NCBI GenBank assembly: GCA_964583685.1
Contig: CAZOVJ010000002.1
Span: 213,862 to 277,861, forward strand
DNA length: 64,000 bases
Reading direction: 5' to 3'
From: an uncultured Gammaproteobacteria bacterium
GTDB lineage: Bacteria; Patescibacteriota; Microgenomatia; UBA8517
Shown: piece after piece, positions 54,285-64,000 of the stretch
Layout of the letters: each line of letters begins with the position of its first letter
Position numbering within the stretch: the first letter of the stretch is position 1
Position numbers and translations under genes: made by a program
Notes under the pieces: model-generated
The model's database searches: none
Seen by the model: only the letters and a program-made list of their open reading frames with translations
What the model was told of the DNA's origin: nothing

Positions 54285-54803
54285 GTGAAACTAGCAGAGT
54301 ATAGAAAGACCTTAACTGGGCCCTTGAAGCAAGCAACTTTATGCTTTTTGATTAGAGAAGGTGGAGTGTTGTTGGCAATGAAAAAGCGGGGCTTTGGGAA
54401 AGGAAGATGGAATGGGCTTGGTGGAAAACCTGAGCAAAATGAAACAATAAAGAAAGCTGCAATCAGGGAAACACAGGAAGAGATTGGTGTTACTCCCGTT
54501 TCCCTCCGTAAAGTGGCAAAATTAGATTTTTATACCCCCAACAATCCTGAGTGGAATCAACAAGTCATCGTGTTTTTGGTCGATAAATGGAAAGGAGAGC
54601 CAAAAGAATCCGAAGAAATGGCCCCTCAATGGTTTAAAATGGAAGATATCCCCTTTGATTCTATGTGGGCTTGCGATTCCCACTGGCTACCTAAAGTCTT
54701 AGAGGGGAAGACTCTTACGGCCGAGTTTATGTTTGACGAAAACGACGAGATTTTGGAAATGGCAATCCACGAGGGAGAGCAAAATCTTATTAACCAGACG
54801 TAG
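54285..54803 (+). CDS. NUDIX hydrolase
   Basis: Nudix box GGKPEQNETIKKAAIRETQEEIGV. Confidence 0.75.
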   Translation: MKLAEYRKTLTGPLKQATLCFLIREGGVLLAMKKRGFGKGRWNGLGGKPEQNETIKKAAIRETQEEIGVTPVSLRKVAKLDFYTPNNPEWNQQVIVFLVDKWKGEPKESEEMAPQWFKMEDIPFDSMWACDSHWLPKVLEGKTLTAEFMFDENDEILEMAIHEGEQNLINQT

Positions 54804-55186
54804 GGGAGCCAAGCTTGGCGAGGGCGTAAAAAGCAATTTTGTCAAGAAAATGCCCTGGGTGCTATAGTTAAAAGCATGAGAAAAGCAAGGAAACTTCATC
54901 CTAAATAACTCCGTCTGAATTGTATTCTCAAACGCCTTAGTAATCTTGGAAATACTAGTTCTAACAATCCCGCTGAGCGGGGCAGGTCTCAGGGCTGGGG
55001 AGCCAGTTTGTTTTAATAAAAACCCAAATTATAGGGTTCATATGAAAAAATGAAAAAGAAAAATTTATGTTGCTGGTATAATAAAAACTCGGCTATGAAA
55101 AGAGCCTGATGGAACTGTCGATGAGAATTTAAAATGAAAGAAAGACAGGAAGAGTCATCGGAAGGAATAGCGCAGCCTGGTGAAAA

Positions 55187-56095
55187 ATGCCACAAACTGA
55201 ATTGATAAAAGAAATAGAGGAAAGGAAGAGAGAGAGGAATGCGGTTATTCTAGCACACGTCTATCAAATAGATGACATTCAACGGATAGCTGATTTTACT
55301 GGAGATTCTCTAGACTTAAGTAGAAAAGCTATCGATACAGATGCTGAGGTGATTGTTTTTTGTGGAGCACGTTTTATGGCTGAAACAGCTGCGATACTCA
55401 ATCCTTACAAAACAGTTCTTTTACCAGATGAAGATGCGGGTTGTCCTTTAGCAGATATGATTACAGTAGAAGAACTACGAGCTAAAAGAAAAGAATATCC
55501 CAATGCGGCAGTTGTCAGTTATGTGAATTCTTCGGCTGCTGTTAAAGCAGAGAGCGATATTTGCTGCACATCATCTAACGCTGTCAAAGTCGTTGATTCA
55601 TTAGAAGAGGAGCAAGTTATATTTGTTCCGGATAGGAACTTGGGAAGGTATGTTGCTAGTCAAACAGATAAGGATATTGTTTTATGGGATGGATTTTGTT
55701 ATGTGCACAATAACAATATTAGGGTTGAAGATATCGAACGAATGAAACTACATCATCCTGAAGCAAAAGTTATGGTTCATCCTGAATGCCAACCTGAAGT
55801 CATTGACCTGGCAGATTATGTTGGTAGTACTGCACAGATGTTAAAATATGCTTCTGAAACTCCTGCTGAAGAATATATCGTTGGAACAGAAAGGGGTTTG
55901 CTTTATAGATTGCGACAAGAGAACCCCGATAAAAAATCCTATTCACCCTCAGGGGGTATCATTTGTGAAGATATGAAAAAGATAACTTTAGAAAAAGTAG
56001 CAAAATCTTTAGAAAACATGTTATACAAGGTTGAAGTTCCGATGGAGATAAGCAAGAAAGCAAAAAGAGCTCTAGATAGAATGTTGGAGATTTAA
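55187..56095 (+). CDS. nadA: Quinolinate synthase A
   Basis: 302 aa, NadA three-repeat architecture, ...VILAHVYQ...FCGARFMAETA... Confidence 0.8.
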   Translation: MPQTELIKEIEERKRERNAVILAHVYQIDDIQRIADFTGDSLDLSRKAIDTDAEVIVFCGARFMAETAAILNPYKTVLLPDEDAGCPLADMITVEELRAKRKEYPNAAVVSYVNSSAAVKAESDICCTSSNAVKVVDSLEEEQVIFVPDRNLGRYVASQTDKDIVLWDGFCYVHNNNIRVEDIERMKLHHPEAKVMVHPECQPEVIDLADYVGSTAQMLKYASETPAEEYIVGTERGLLYRLRQENPDKKSYSPSGGIICEDMKKITLEKVAKSLENMLYKVEVPMEISKKAKRALDRMLEI

Positions 56096-56096
56096 A

Positions 56097-56807
56097 ATGG
56101 AAGAAAGACGAAGCCAGTCACCAAAGAAAGTAGTCAATTCTGGGATAAAAGAAAATGTGGTGAGTTTATTGAAAGAATTGCCAGAGGGAGTTGAGTTAGT
56201 CGCAGCAGCAAAAGAAAGAAAACCGGAAGAAATTTTGGAAGCAGTTAAAGCGGGAGTGAGAATTATCGGCGAAAATTATATTGGGGAGGCAAAAAGAGTA
56301 TATGCAGTAGTAGGCAAGGAAGCAAAATGGCATTTTATTGGGCTTCCTGAAAGACAGAAACATGGTTTTCTAAGGCCAAGTGTTCTGAAAATGTTTGACA
56401 TGATAGAGACCATTGGCTCTTTTGAGATAGCAAAGGCAGTTAATGAAAAATGTGCCTCAATTGGTAAAGTGATGCCAATATTGGTCGAAATAAATAGCGG
56501 CAAAGAACCTCAGAAATATGGTGTATTACCAGAGAGTACAGTAGAGCTGGTAGAAAAGATATCTCAACTCCGTAACATAAAGGTGGTGGGGTTGATGACA
56601 ATGGGGCCTCGTGTTGGTAATCCAGAGGAGGCAAGGCCTTATTTTGTGGCAACAAGGGAGATATTTGATGGGCTGGAGAAGCTTGATTGGCCCAATGTAA
56701 GGATGAAATATCTTTCAATGGGAATGTCGAACTCGTGGAGAATTGCCGTTCAGGAGGGAGCCAATATGGTGAGAATAGGGACGGGGATATTTGGTAAAAG
56801 AGATTAG
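56097..56807 (+). CDS. yggS: YggS-family pyridoxal-phosphate homeostasis protein
   Basis: 236 aa, alanine-racemase-N fold pattern, ...VGLMTMGP... Confidence 0.75.
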   Translation: MEERRSQSPKKVVNSGIKENVVSLLKELPEGVELVAAAKERKPEEILEAVKAGVRIIGENYIGEAKRVYAVVGKEAKWHFIGLPERQKHGFLRPSVLKMFDMIETIGSFEIAKAVNEKCASIGKVMPILVEINSGKEPQKYGVLPESTVELVEKISQLRNIKVVGLMTMGPRVGNPEEARPYFVATREIFDGLEKLDWPNVRMKYLSMGMSNSWRIAVQEGANMVRIGTGIFGKRD

Positions 56808-56869
56808 AGAAAATAGTTCTCCTTCTTATTGGAACTTCTTTATCTTTGTAAATAGAGTTAAAGGGATAG

Positions 56870-57169
56870 TTAAATCTTGAAGTTTGTGTCCACAATTAGC
56901 TCTCTCTCCTCTCCAGTTAAGGAAGGTTGAGGCTTTCCGCCTGTTGTTAAGCATGTATCTGCTGTGGCTTGGTGATGGAAAGCCTCTTTTTGTTCTTGGG
57001 TCAGCCTTGGTTGGTCTATATCAAGAAGTACTTTTAGCTCTAGTAATCTTTCTCTATCTTCTTCTGTCCAACTGCGAGAGTTTGTTTGTTTTCTGGTAAG
57101 CTCAAGGTATTCTTGGTATTCTTCACTGAGAGCCTCTTCTATTGTTAGTGCTTGTAATGATTCAGACAT
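56870..57169 (-). CDS. Hypothetical acidic protein
   Basis: 99-aa ORF. Confidence 0.3.
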   Translation of the reverse strand: MSESLQALTIEEALSEEYQEYLELTRKQTNSRSWTEEDRERLLELKVLLDIDQPRLTQEQKEAFHHQATADTCLTTGGKPQPSLTGEERELIVDTNFKI

Positions 57170-57375
57170 ATCTTTTGGAATTATAGCATAGCAGAATATT
57201 TTCTGGTATCGTCCACGACAGGATAGTTAAATTGAAAATTTTCGCCAAAAGTATTCTTTTCTTGTCACGAGCTCAAAATTCAGCTATAATATGAGCCAGA
57301 AGAGCTTGCCTTCTTTGTGTATCCTATATTGTCCACTTGCGATGGATTTTAGAAAGGGGTAGCTTGGTGGCCTCA

Positions 57376-57906
57376 ATGAAAAACAATACACCATTAAAGG
57401 TTGGTGATAAGATAGTTGACTTTGGTCAAGTTTATAGAATTTTTAAAATTGAAAAGAGAAAGAACACCGAGGGTAAAAGAGAAAAGGTTATCTCTTTCAA
57501 GCCATTTTTTAGAAATCGACAGAATAAAGGTTTAGTTTGTTCCATTCCTATAAAAAATATCAGCCTGACCAATATTAGAAGGCCAATTTCTAAGAGGAAA
57601 TTGAAAGAATTATTAAAGAGGCTCTCAAAAAAACCAGAGACTAAAAAACCAATTAACACCAAAAAGGCAAGAAATACGCTGAACCTAAATGGGGTTCAAA
57701 AAGCAGCCCAAGTTTTAAAAAGAATCTGGTTGGATAAAAATGATGGATCAACAAACCTTACTAAAGCCAAAAGAGACATTCTTGATTTATCAATGAAAAG
57801 GTTAGTGGAAGAAGTTGCTTTTGTTTTTGGCATTTCTGTTGCCCAGGCGAGGAAAAAAATTAAAAGAAGATTAAAAAGGTTAGGAAATGAACAAAACAAA
57901 GCTTAA
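57376..57906 (+). CDS. CarD/CdnL-like (CarD_TRCF RNAP-interacting domain) protein with Lys-rich C-terminus
   Basis: LKVGDKIVDFGQVYRIFKIE...FKPFF...IPIKN resembles the CarD N-terminal domain; start taken at Met-14 of track ORF. Confidence 0.35.
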   Translation: MKNNTPLKVGDKIVDFGQVYRIFKIEKRKNTEGKREKVISFKPFFRNRQNKGLVCSIPIKNISLTNIRRPISKRKLKELLKRLSKKPETKKPINTKKARNTLNLNGVQKAAQVLKRIWLDKNDGSTNLTKAKRDILDLSMKRLVEEVAFVFGISVAQARKKIKRRLKRLGNEQNKA

Positions 57907-58016
57907 CACTAACAGTGCCCAGCTTTTCTGCCTAAAGGATTTAATAAAACTTACTGTGAAATGACTCCTAAGGAGAAATATTCAATGTTGGATGCTAGAA
58001 CCTGATATAATTCAGA

Positions 58017-58277
58017 TTGATGAGCGAAATTACTTTGTCTCAAAAAGCTAAAAACATAAAACCAGGGATATATGAGCATTACAAAAAGCACAGATACCAA
58101 GTTCTTGGTGTTGTGATTCACAGCGAAACTTTAGAGGAACTGGTCTTGTATAAAGCTCTGTATGGCAAAAAACTAACTTGGATAAGACCTTTGAACATGT
58201 TTTTTGAAGAGGTTGAAGTAGGGGGCGTAAAACAGCCAAGGTTTAAATTGATTAAAGAGACAAAAAAGCCTTTATAG
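58017..58277 (+). CDS. DUF1653-like protein
   Basis: YEHYKKHRYQVLGVVIHSETLEELVLYKALYG...WIRPLNMFFEEVEV. Confidence 0.45.
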   Translation: MMSEITLSQKAKNIKPGIYEHYKKHRYQVLGVVIHSETLEELVLYKALYGKKLTWIRPLNMFFEEVEVGGVKQPRFKLIKETKKPL

Positions 58278-58295
58278 GAATTCTCGCTATTTTAG

Positions 58296-58586
58296 ATGAG
58301 ATTGTGTAGACTGATTCTAATGGAAGGCCTTGATCAGCAGCTAACCCAGTTTTTCTCTAATCCTCAACTTTTCTTACCATTATTAATCTGGAATATCTTT
58401 TGGAAGGGTTTTGCTTTGTGGAAAGCGAGCCAGAAAAGGCAACTTGTCTGGTTTGTTATTTTATTGTTGGTCAATAGCTTGGGGTTACTGGAGATTGCCT
58501 ATATATTCTTCCTCAATCGCTGGGACATTGATGGAGGAAAGTTATTAAGCTTTTTAGAGAAAAAGTTTAGTAAATCGAAAAGTTAA
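58296..58586 (+). CDS. Small membrane protein
   Basis: 96 aa, 2-3 TM. Confidence 0.3.
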   Translation: MRLCRLILMEGLDQQLTQFFSNPQLFLPLLIWNIFWKGFALWKASQKRQLVWFVILLLVNSLGLLEIAYIFFLNRWDIDGGKLLSFLEKKFSKSKS

Positions 58587-58587
58587 G

Positions 58588-59124
58588 ATGAAGAAAATAG
58601 TACCCATTTCAATAATTGTTCTGTCTTTGTTTGTTCTACCGTCTATTGTTTTAGCCCAAGGTCAAGCCAAAGGACAACCTAAATCAGTCAGTTCTAGAAG
58701 CGAAATTGCTAGACAGCATATGAGTGTGGTGGCTGAAACAGTTGAAGAGCTACTGACTACTCAAGGAGCCAAAGGTGGCATTGGCCAGCAAATAAGCGAA
58801 GTGGCCAGACAACAACAGCAAGCCCAGGAAGATATTGAGGAGCAGGTAGATAAACTGGAGGCAAGGCGGGGCTTGATGAAAAAGCTGTTCGGTCCTGATT
58901 ACAAAGCAATTAAGAATCTTAACCGGCAAATGGGGCGGAATCAGCTAAGAATTCAGCAATTGGAACAGCTACAAACTCAAGTTACTAATCAAGCCGACCA
59001 AACTCAGATTCAAGGAACAGTTCAAGCCATGGTTGAGCAAAATACTGTCTTACAAGAGCAAGTTCGAGCTGAAGAACAAGTAGGCAGTCTTTTTGGCTGG
59101 CTATTTAAACTGCTTGCAGGGTAA
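58588..59124 (+). CDS. Secreted Gln-rich coiled-coil protein
   Basis: Signal peptide + QQQ-rich heptad segments; terminator hairpin follows. Confidence 0.4.
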   Translation: MKKIVPISIIVLSLFVLPSIVLAQGQAKGQPKSVSSRSEIARQHMSVVAETVEELLTTQGAKGGIGQQISEVARQQQQAQEDIEEQVDKLEARRGLMKKLFGPDYKAIKNLNRQMGRNQLRIQQLEQLQTQVTNQADQTQIQGTVQAMVEQNTVLQEQVRAEEQVGSLFGWLFKLLAG

Positions 59125-59259
59125 AGCAAATCAGTTAGCCCGGGGAGCTAATTTGTTTTTTTTGAGATTTAGTGTTACAATCTTTTTGTAAAAGATTTAC
59201 TTTTGGCAGTTATGCTTCAAAGAAATCTTCAAAATAAAGATAAAGGTGGTGAGAATTAA

Positions 59260-59514
59260 TTGAATAAAAAACTTTACGTAGGCAACTTAGATTATTCTGT
59301 TACCCAAGATCAGTTAAAAGAACATTTTGCTCAAGCAGGTAGTGTGGTTGATGTAGCAGTGATTACGGATAGATATTCAGGAAGAGGTAAGGGTTTTGGT
59401 TTTGTTGAAATGGCTACTGAGGAAGAGGCAAAAAAGGCAATAGAAATGTTTAATGAAAAAGATTTTGGTGGAAGAAATATTGTTGTCAACGAAGCTCGTC
59501 CAAAAAGAGAGTAA
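59260..59514 (+). CDS. RRM-type RNA-binding protein
   Basis: RNP2 LYVGNL, RNP1 KGFGFVEM; TTG start with RBS AAGGTGGTGA. Confidence 0.75.
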   Translation: MNKKLYVGNLDYSVTQDQLKEHFAQAGSVVDVAVITDRYSGRGKGFGFVEMATEEEAKKAIEMFNEKDFGGRNIVVNEARPKRE

Positions 59515-59567
59515 AAAGCAGCGGGGTGAATAGAAACTTAAAAATTCGATTTAGACTCGTGAGAGGT

Positions 59568-60332
59568 TTATTTTCCCTTTGCGCCTTTCGCTCCTGAACG
59601 GTAAAGGCGGTGCAGGTTATGTTTTGACGCTGCCTTACGGACTAGGGCTCTATAATCTTTATAAGAATAATAAAAAGGAACCAATAAACCACCTCTTTTA
59701 ATAAACTCTCGCTGTTTTTTTAACTGGGGGTTGATGATTCCAGGAGGGAGGACAAGGATATATGCTAACAGACCTTGGTAGAGGCATCTTTCCCAGAAAA
59801 ATTCTTCGATAGGAGCAAGAGATTTTCCAATTTGGCCAGGATTGAGCACGGATTGTATACCACTGCTGCGCTTAACGACCCCTTTTCTTGATCGGTCACT
59901 GGGGTACCTATGGATCATTTTAACTTCCCAAACCGTCGGTATGCCTCCAATAATGGTTATCAAATCGTATTCTGTCTGAGGACGACTTGTTTCTTTAGAA
60001 TAGGCTATTAGATACCCGTTTTGTTCTTTAAATATAAATCCTTGGGTTCTAGCTTCGTCGAGAATAGGGTCAACAACTACTTTTATGTCTCCAGTATATT
60101 CTTTCAATATTCTTTCAAGATGAACTTCTGCCAGGATTCCTGGCAGATCTTTAGATTGCCAGAGTCTCTGCCTTCTATAATCTTCTTGGAGAAGAGCTAT
60201 TGTCGCGTCCATTTTAAAAGGAGCCGTTCGGACAAACTCGGCTATTTGTCGCAACTGAGGAGTTTGGGCCAATTGAAGTGCATCTTTTTTAGGTTGTAAG
60301 ACTGGTTCTTGAGATAGTATTTCTATGTTCAC
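59568..60332 (-). CDS. Hypothetical protein
   Basis: 254-aa ORF; possible PD-(D/E)xK-like D...EVK but unverified. Confidence 0.35.
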   Translation of the reverse strand: MNIEILSQEPVLQPKKDALQLAQTPQLRQIAEFVRTAPFKMDATIALLQEDYRRQRLWQSKDLPGILAEVHLERILKEYTGDIKVVVDPILDEARTQGFIFKEQNGYLIAYSKETSRPQTEYDLITIIGGIPTVWEVKMIHRYPSDRSRKGVVKRSSGIQSVLNPGQIGKSLAPIEEFFWERCLYQGLLAYILVLPPGIINPQLKKQREFIKRGGLLVPFYYSYKDYRALVRKAASKHNLHRLYRSGAKGAKGK

Positions 60333-60461
60333 TCTTTAATTATAGGCTATTTTTCTAGCTTTCTCAATGTAAAATCGTTTCACAGGTCGAACGAATATCC
60401 TATAAGATTGAATTTGGGATATTTTGTGGTATTATTTAGCCGCGAGAAACTGTTTTGATTT

Positions 60462-61706
60462 GTGATGGTTGAAATATTGAGAGCAGCACCAATTGAGGGT
60501 AAGTATAAAAGAGGTGAACGTAGGGCTAAGCAGGAGCAAACACTGGGTTTGTTACTCCAGGTAAATCCTCTTACCATGGATGAGATCTTGACAAAGGTTC
60601 ATACTCAACTTGTGAGGCTGTTAGTCGTTACACCAGGGAGGACAGATAAAAGCCCAAGGGAAAAGATAGAGATGGTACTGAGGGCCTTTGGCAATACTGA
60701 TTCTGCGGTGGCTAAGGAATATGAGGCAACTCGTAATTCGCTACGAAGGTATAGGAGAGATGTGGTGGTTGCTTTGGCTTTTGTTTTGTCTCAAGGTTCC
60801 TACTCTATTGACGGCTTGATTCACTTGAGTCCAGAGGAAGAGCATAGATTTGATCGATTAGTTGAGATTCAACGAAGATCTGAATTAATTGAGCGTAAAC
60901 TGAACAATGAGCAAGTTTCAGAGACCCTGGCTGATTTTCCCCATGTTAGGGAGCTGTTGAGGGCTTACCAAGAATATGGAGATGTAAACCCCCTTCTTAG
61001 AGAGGCAGGAATAGATATGAAGAAAAGGGAGAAACGTTATGCTAATGACGCGGTGAAAGCTTATTTATTTGGACAGACAAGACGGGGAAGCAAAAGAGAA
61101 AATGAGGGGGTTGAAGGGGTTCGTTTATGGGCAAGGAGGCTTGTCTTAGGCAGATGGTACAAGAATGGAACAGATTATCGGGGACGCGAAATTGGCTCAA
61201 AAAAAATTTCTTTGGCGGCGGCCGCTATCATCTCTCGTCCTTTAGAAAACCCAGACCGTAAACTATGGATGGCTTACCATGGTGCTAGCAGGTTCTTTGA
61301 AAAGATTTTGGAAAAAGAGTTTCTTAGCCTGAGAGATGACCCAGGTCCGATATTTAAGGAATTTTTCCCATTGAAAGATAGCACTGGGGAATTAAAGAGC
61401 TTTGAGGATGTTGATGTAGCCAGCTCGTATCGTGTTTATGCTGATTATCACTTAGTACCCGGGAGTCTAAGGGACTTAATAAAATCAGTTGTCGATGGAG
61501 GTAGTCGTACAAACTTAGGAAGATCACTTCCAAATGGGGAGTTTTATTCTGAAAGTGAAATTAATAGATGGATGAGGTCAGGGCTCATGTTAGTTGAACG
61601 CTGTTTATTGTTGTGGGAAGTGCCAAGTAATCGAGTAAAGTTTTTTCCTAAGGGCCAGGGGGAGAACCTAAGGGAGGCCAAAAGGGAAATTTTACAGGTT
61701 AATTAA
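60462..61706 (+). CDS. Hypothetical protein (414 aa)
   Basis: Long ORF; no motifs recognised. Confidence 0.4.
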   Translation: MMVEILRAAPIEGKYKRGERRAKQEQTLGLLLQVNPLTMDEILTKVHTQLVRLLVVTPGRTDKSPREKIEMVLRAFGNTDSAVAKEYEATRNSLRRYRRDVVVALAFVLSQGSYSIDGLIHLSPEEEHRFDRLVEIQRRSELIERKLNNEQVSETLADFPHVRELLRAYQEYGDVNPLLREAGIDMKKREKRYANDAVKAYLFGQTRRGSKRENEGVEGVRLWARRLVLGRWYKNGTDYRGREIGSKKISLAAAAIISRPLENPDRKLWMAYHGASRFFEKILEKEFLSLRDDPGPIFKEFFPLKDSTGELKSFEDVDVASSYRVYADYHLVPGSLRDLIKSVVDGGSRTNLGRSLPNGEFYSESEINRWMRSGLMLVERCLLLWEVPSNRVKFFPKGQGENLREAKREILQVN

Positions 61707-61739
61707 GACATGAGGCGGAAATCTGCTAAGATATAGAAA

Positions 61740-62072
61740 GTGAAAATCTTTTCTAAAAACATAAACCCTTCTTTGGCCTTCATTGCTTTTTTGCAGGCAC
61801 TGAGTTTGGCTGTTTATTGCTGCCTGGTGGGGATGCTGATTTGGCGGGGCAATAGATGGTTTGGCCCGATAACAACTTTTTGGGGACCAGTTCTTTTTTT
61901 GGTTCTTTTTGTTGCCTCGGCCTTGGTTTGTAGCCTCTTAGTGCTGGGCTATCCGATTATTCTGTTCTGGGAAAAGAAGCAAACGATCCGTGCTTTGAGG
62001 TTGGTTGTCTGCACCACTTGTTGGCTAATATTTTTCACCTTTCTTATTATTCTGACCCTTATTTCTTGCTAA
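61740..62072 (+). CDS. Small membrane protein
   Basis: 3 TM. Confidence 0.35.
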   Translation: MKIFSKNINPSLAFIAFLQALSLAVYCCLVGMLIWRGNRWFGPITTFWGPVLFLVLFVASALVCSLLVLGYPIILFWEKKQTIRALRLVVCTTCWLIFFTFLIILTLISC

Positions 62073-62076
62073 AGGG

Positions 62077-62505
62077 ATGAAAAAAATAACAACAACATTT
62101 TGCTTATTAATGGTTATTTTCGTAGCAATCACAAGTGCCATTTTCATTCCAGCTCCTGTTTCTATAAAGCAGAACCTTTTTCCTTTAATGGCCTTTCTCT
62201 CGATTGCTTATTTTTTATTGGGTATCAGCTTGGTTTTTTTAACCTTAAAGGAAAAGGTGAAGGGGAGGCTCAAAAAATTTTTGCTATTGACCGGAGCTTG
62301 CGCAACAGGATTTTTACCCAGTGTCTTGTTCCACAATTTCCTTTATGGCCTAAGTGTGCTGAGTGCTGAAGTTATTTTACTCCACAATTTACTGGAAGTT
62401 CTTCATGCCGCATTTTTTATCATAGCCATCCTTGCCTGCCCCCTGGGTTTTTTGATTGGCGCCGTGGCGAGCGTGGTCTTGTTTTTCAGGAAAAGAAAAA
62501 AATAA
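62077..62505 (+). CDS. Small membrane protein
   Basis: 4 TM. Confidence 0.35.
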   Translation: MKKITTTFCLLMVIFVAITSAIFIPAPVSIKQNLFPLMAFLSIAYFLLGISLVFLTLKEKVKGRLKKFLLLTGACATGFLPSVLFHNFLYGLSVLSAEVILLHNLLEVLHAAFFIIAILACPLGFLIGAVASVVLFFRKRKK

Positions 62506-62558
62506 TTCTTTAGCTAACCAGATGTGGTATAAATTAAAGAGAGAAAAGAGGTGAGAGA

Positions 62559-63098
62559 ATGAAAAAGATTTTTCCAATTGTGGCTATTGTCGTTGTTGGC
62601 CTATTGGCTGTTGGAGCTTGGTTGATTTTTGGTCAAGGGAAGTCTGTTTCTGGACCGGCCGAGCTGTTGGTAGGAAAAAAAGAGGAAACCCTTACAGGCA
62701 GCCTTAAAGATTTAATTACTCGTGGTATATCAATGAAGTGTAGTTTCAAGAATGAGAGTCTTTCTGGCACCGCTTATCTTAAGGGCCAGAAATATTACGC
62801 TGAGATTAGCCAAGAGGGAAAGCAGGGTTTTATTATCATGAAGGATAATTGCATGTGGACATGGGATAAGGACAGTGCCCAGGGAGTGAAAATGTGCTTT
62901 CAGCCAAGCGAAGTAGAAGGAGAGGATGTTTGGGAACAAGCAGACCAGACAGGGCAGGGTTCGCCAGAGGGCGAATATACTTGTCAGGCCGCTGTCGTTT
63001 CTGATTTGAAATTCAATCCTCCGACCAATGTAGAGTTCATGGATATGAGCCAAGGTTTGCCTAGCTTGCCGAGTCAGGGCCTCCCTGCCGGCTTCTAG
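62559..63098 (+). CDS. Secreted/anchored protein
   Basis: N-terminal TM/signal, Cys pairs. Confidence 0.4.
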   Translation: MKKIFPIVAIVVVGLLAVGAWLIFGQGKSVSGPAELLVGKKEETLTGSLKDLITRGISMKCSFKNESLSGTAYLKGQKYYAEISQEGKQGFIIMKDNCMWTWDKDSAQGVKMCFQPSEVEGEDVWEQADQTGQGSPEGEYTCQAAVVSDLKFNPPTNVEFMDMSQGLPSLPSQGLPAGF

Positions 63099-63967
63099 CC
63101 GAACATCAAAATTTCAGGCTTGAAGATAAGTAAAATGCCGATAATGGCCATGAGGACGCCACCAATTAGGTGAGAAGCGCGGCTGTACTTGGTGCTGATT
63201 CCTGTTATTTCTAGGGTGATCATGGCAACAAAAAAGACAAATAAGTCATCAAGCATGAAGACGAAAATATAAAGCAACATATAGAGATAATAGTGCCATT
63301 TAGAAAGATGGCTTAAACTTAAAATCTGGGTAAAGACAACCGGCAAGCCGGCAGAACATATCAGCTCTATCAGATTGACAGCAAAAGCCAAAACAATTAT
63401 TCCCCCAAGGGCGAGTAAAAACTGCCTGCGGAGGGTATTTTTTTTCAGTTCTTCAAAGACCCTCTGCCTTTTTCCTTGACCTGTTATCTTGCAACTGCTT
63501 GCCTTGTTGACAAAGTATTCCCTTAAATTGTAAACGCCTCCACCTAGAGCTACCAGGCCAACAACAATTCTCACCCAGATAATAAAACCTAGAAATAAAA
63601 GCAGATTGAGCCAAGAGGCCATAAAGAGGAAGTAGACAAAGGCAGAAGTAACAATAAAAGCAGTTCCTAGAACCCACCTTCTCTTTTTATCTTTCATGGC
63701 CAAAAGAAGAGTGATTAAAAACAAAAGGGTCCACATGGCACAGGGATTAAACCCATCCAGTCCTCCCAGAATTACTGTCAATATTGGCAAAGATAGATTT
63801 TTAGTTTCTATTTCGCCAAAAATCGGCAGTCGAATTTTTTCTAAAGGGATGGGGTTTTCGGCCATCTGGGCCTTCACTGCCGGGTTAAGATTCTTTGGTC
63901 CAAGCAAGCCTTTGACAACATCATTACAGCCATTTTGGGCAGCGCACTGAATTGCCCGCTCTATCAA
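63095..63967 (-). CDS. CcdA/DsbD-family transmembrane thiol-disulfide transporter (N-terminus may extend beyond window end)
   Basis: ILTVILGGLDGFNPCAMWTLLFLITLL: DsbD/CcdA Cys motif; 6+ TM. Confidence 0.5.
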   Translation of the reverse strand: MIERAIQCAAQNGCNDVVKGLLGPKNLNPAVKAQMAENPIPLEKIRLPIFGEIETKNLSLPILTVILGGLDGFNPCAMWTLLFLITLLLAMKDKKRRWVLGTAFIVTSAFVYFLFMASWLNLLLFLGFIIWVRIVVGLVALGGGVYNLREYFVNKASSCKITGQGKRQRVFEELKKNTLRRQFLLALGGIIVLAFAVNLIELICSAGLPVVFTQILSLSHLSKWHYYLYMLLYIFVFMLDDLFVFFVAMITLEITGISTKYSRASHLIGGVLMAIIGILLIFKPEILMFG

Positions 63968-64000
63968 GCTACCAGTAATTTCTTCGTCATACCAGCCAAC

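Overview
The window spans the chromosomal replication-origin neighbourhood of a low-GC bacterium. The gene content (rpmH-rnpA-yidD-yidC-jag divergent from dnaA-dnaN) suggests a small-genome, Gram-positive-like or CPR/Patescibacteria-type organism, but that assignment is inference. Core genes recognised: the 3' part of rplY, rnhA, rpmH, rnpA, yidD, yidC, jag, dnaA, dnaN, smpB plus tmRNA, comFC-like, dnaG, rpoD, nadA, yggS, an RRM protein, five tRNAs (four Ser isoacceptors, one Arg-like) and tRNA-Asn. The most likely oriC lies in the dnaA-dnaN spacer, which has four DnaA boxes and an AT-rich (TAC)5 unwinding element. Two minus-strand sub-loci (9.7-15.4 kb and 19.6-27.4 kb) encode a type-IV-secretion-like pilus apparatus: M23 peptidase, VirB4 as two overlapping ORFs, a PrgI/VirB3-like protein, a VirB6-like protein, an SLT-domain giant surface protein, and seven tandem VirB2-like pilin paralogs plus a Cys-rich pilin fusion. 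The two sub-loci are separated by an AbiE-like toxin-antitoxin pair, a hairpin-rich candidate structured RNA and two large unknown proteins. A large serine recombinase whose 3' end runs into tRNA-Asn marks an integrated island from about 38.1 kb. The island carries an MgsA-C-like protein, an XRE regulator and an AT-rich unknown three-gene operon. Downstream (45-54.3 kb) single-gene cassette-like units are bracketed by shared mosaic intergenic modules. Four of these units have a TGGTAGAAT extended -10 element 6-9 nt before the start codon, which would give leaderless mRNAs. A GC-rich glycosylation module sits at 49.9-53.3 kb. All coordinates and calls come from reading the sequence and ORF translations; no database search was run.
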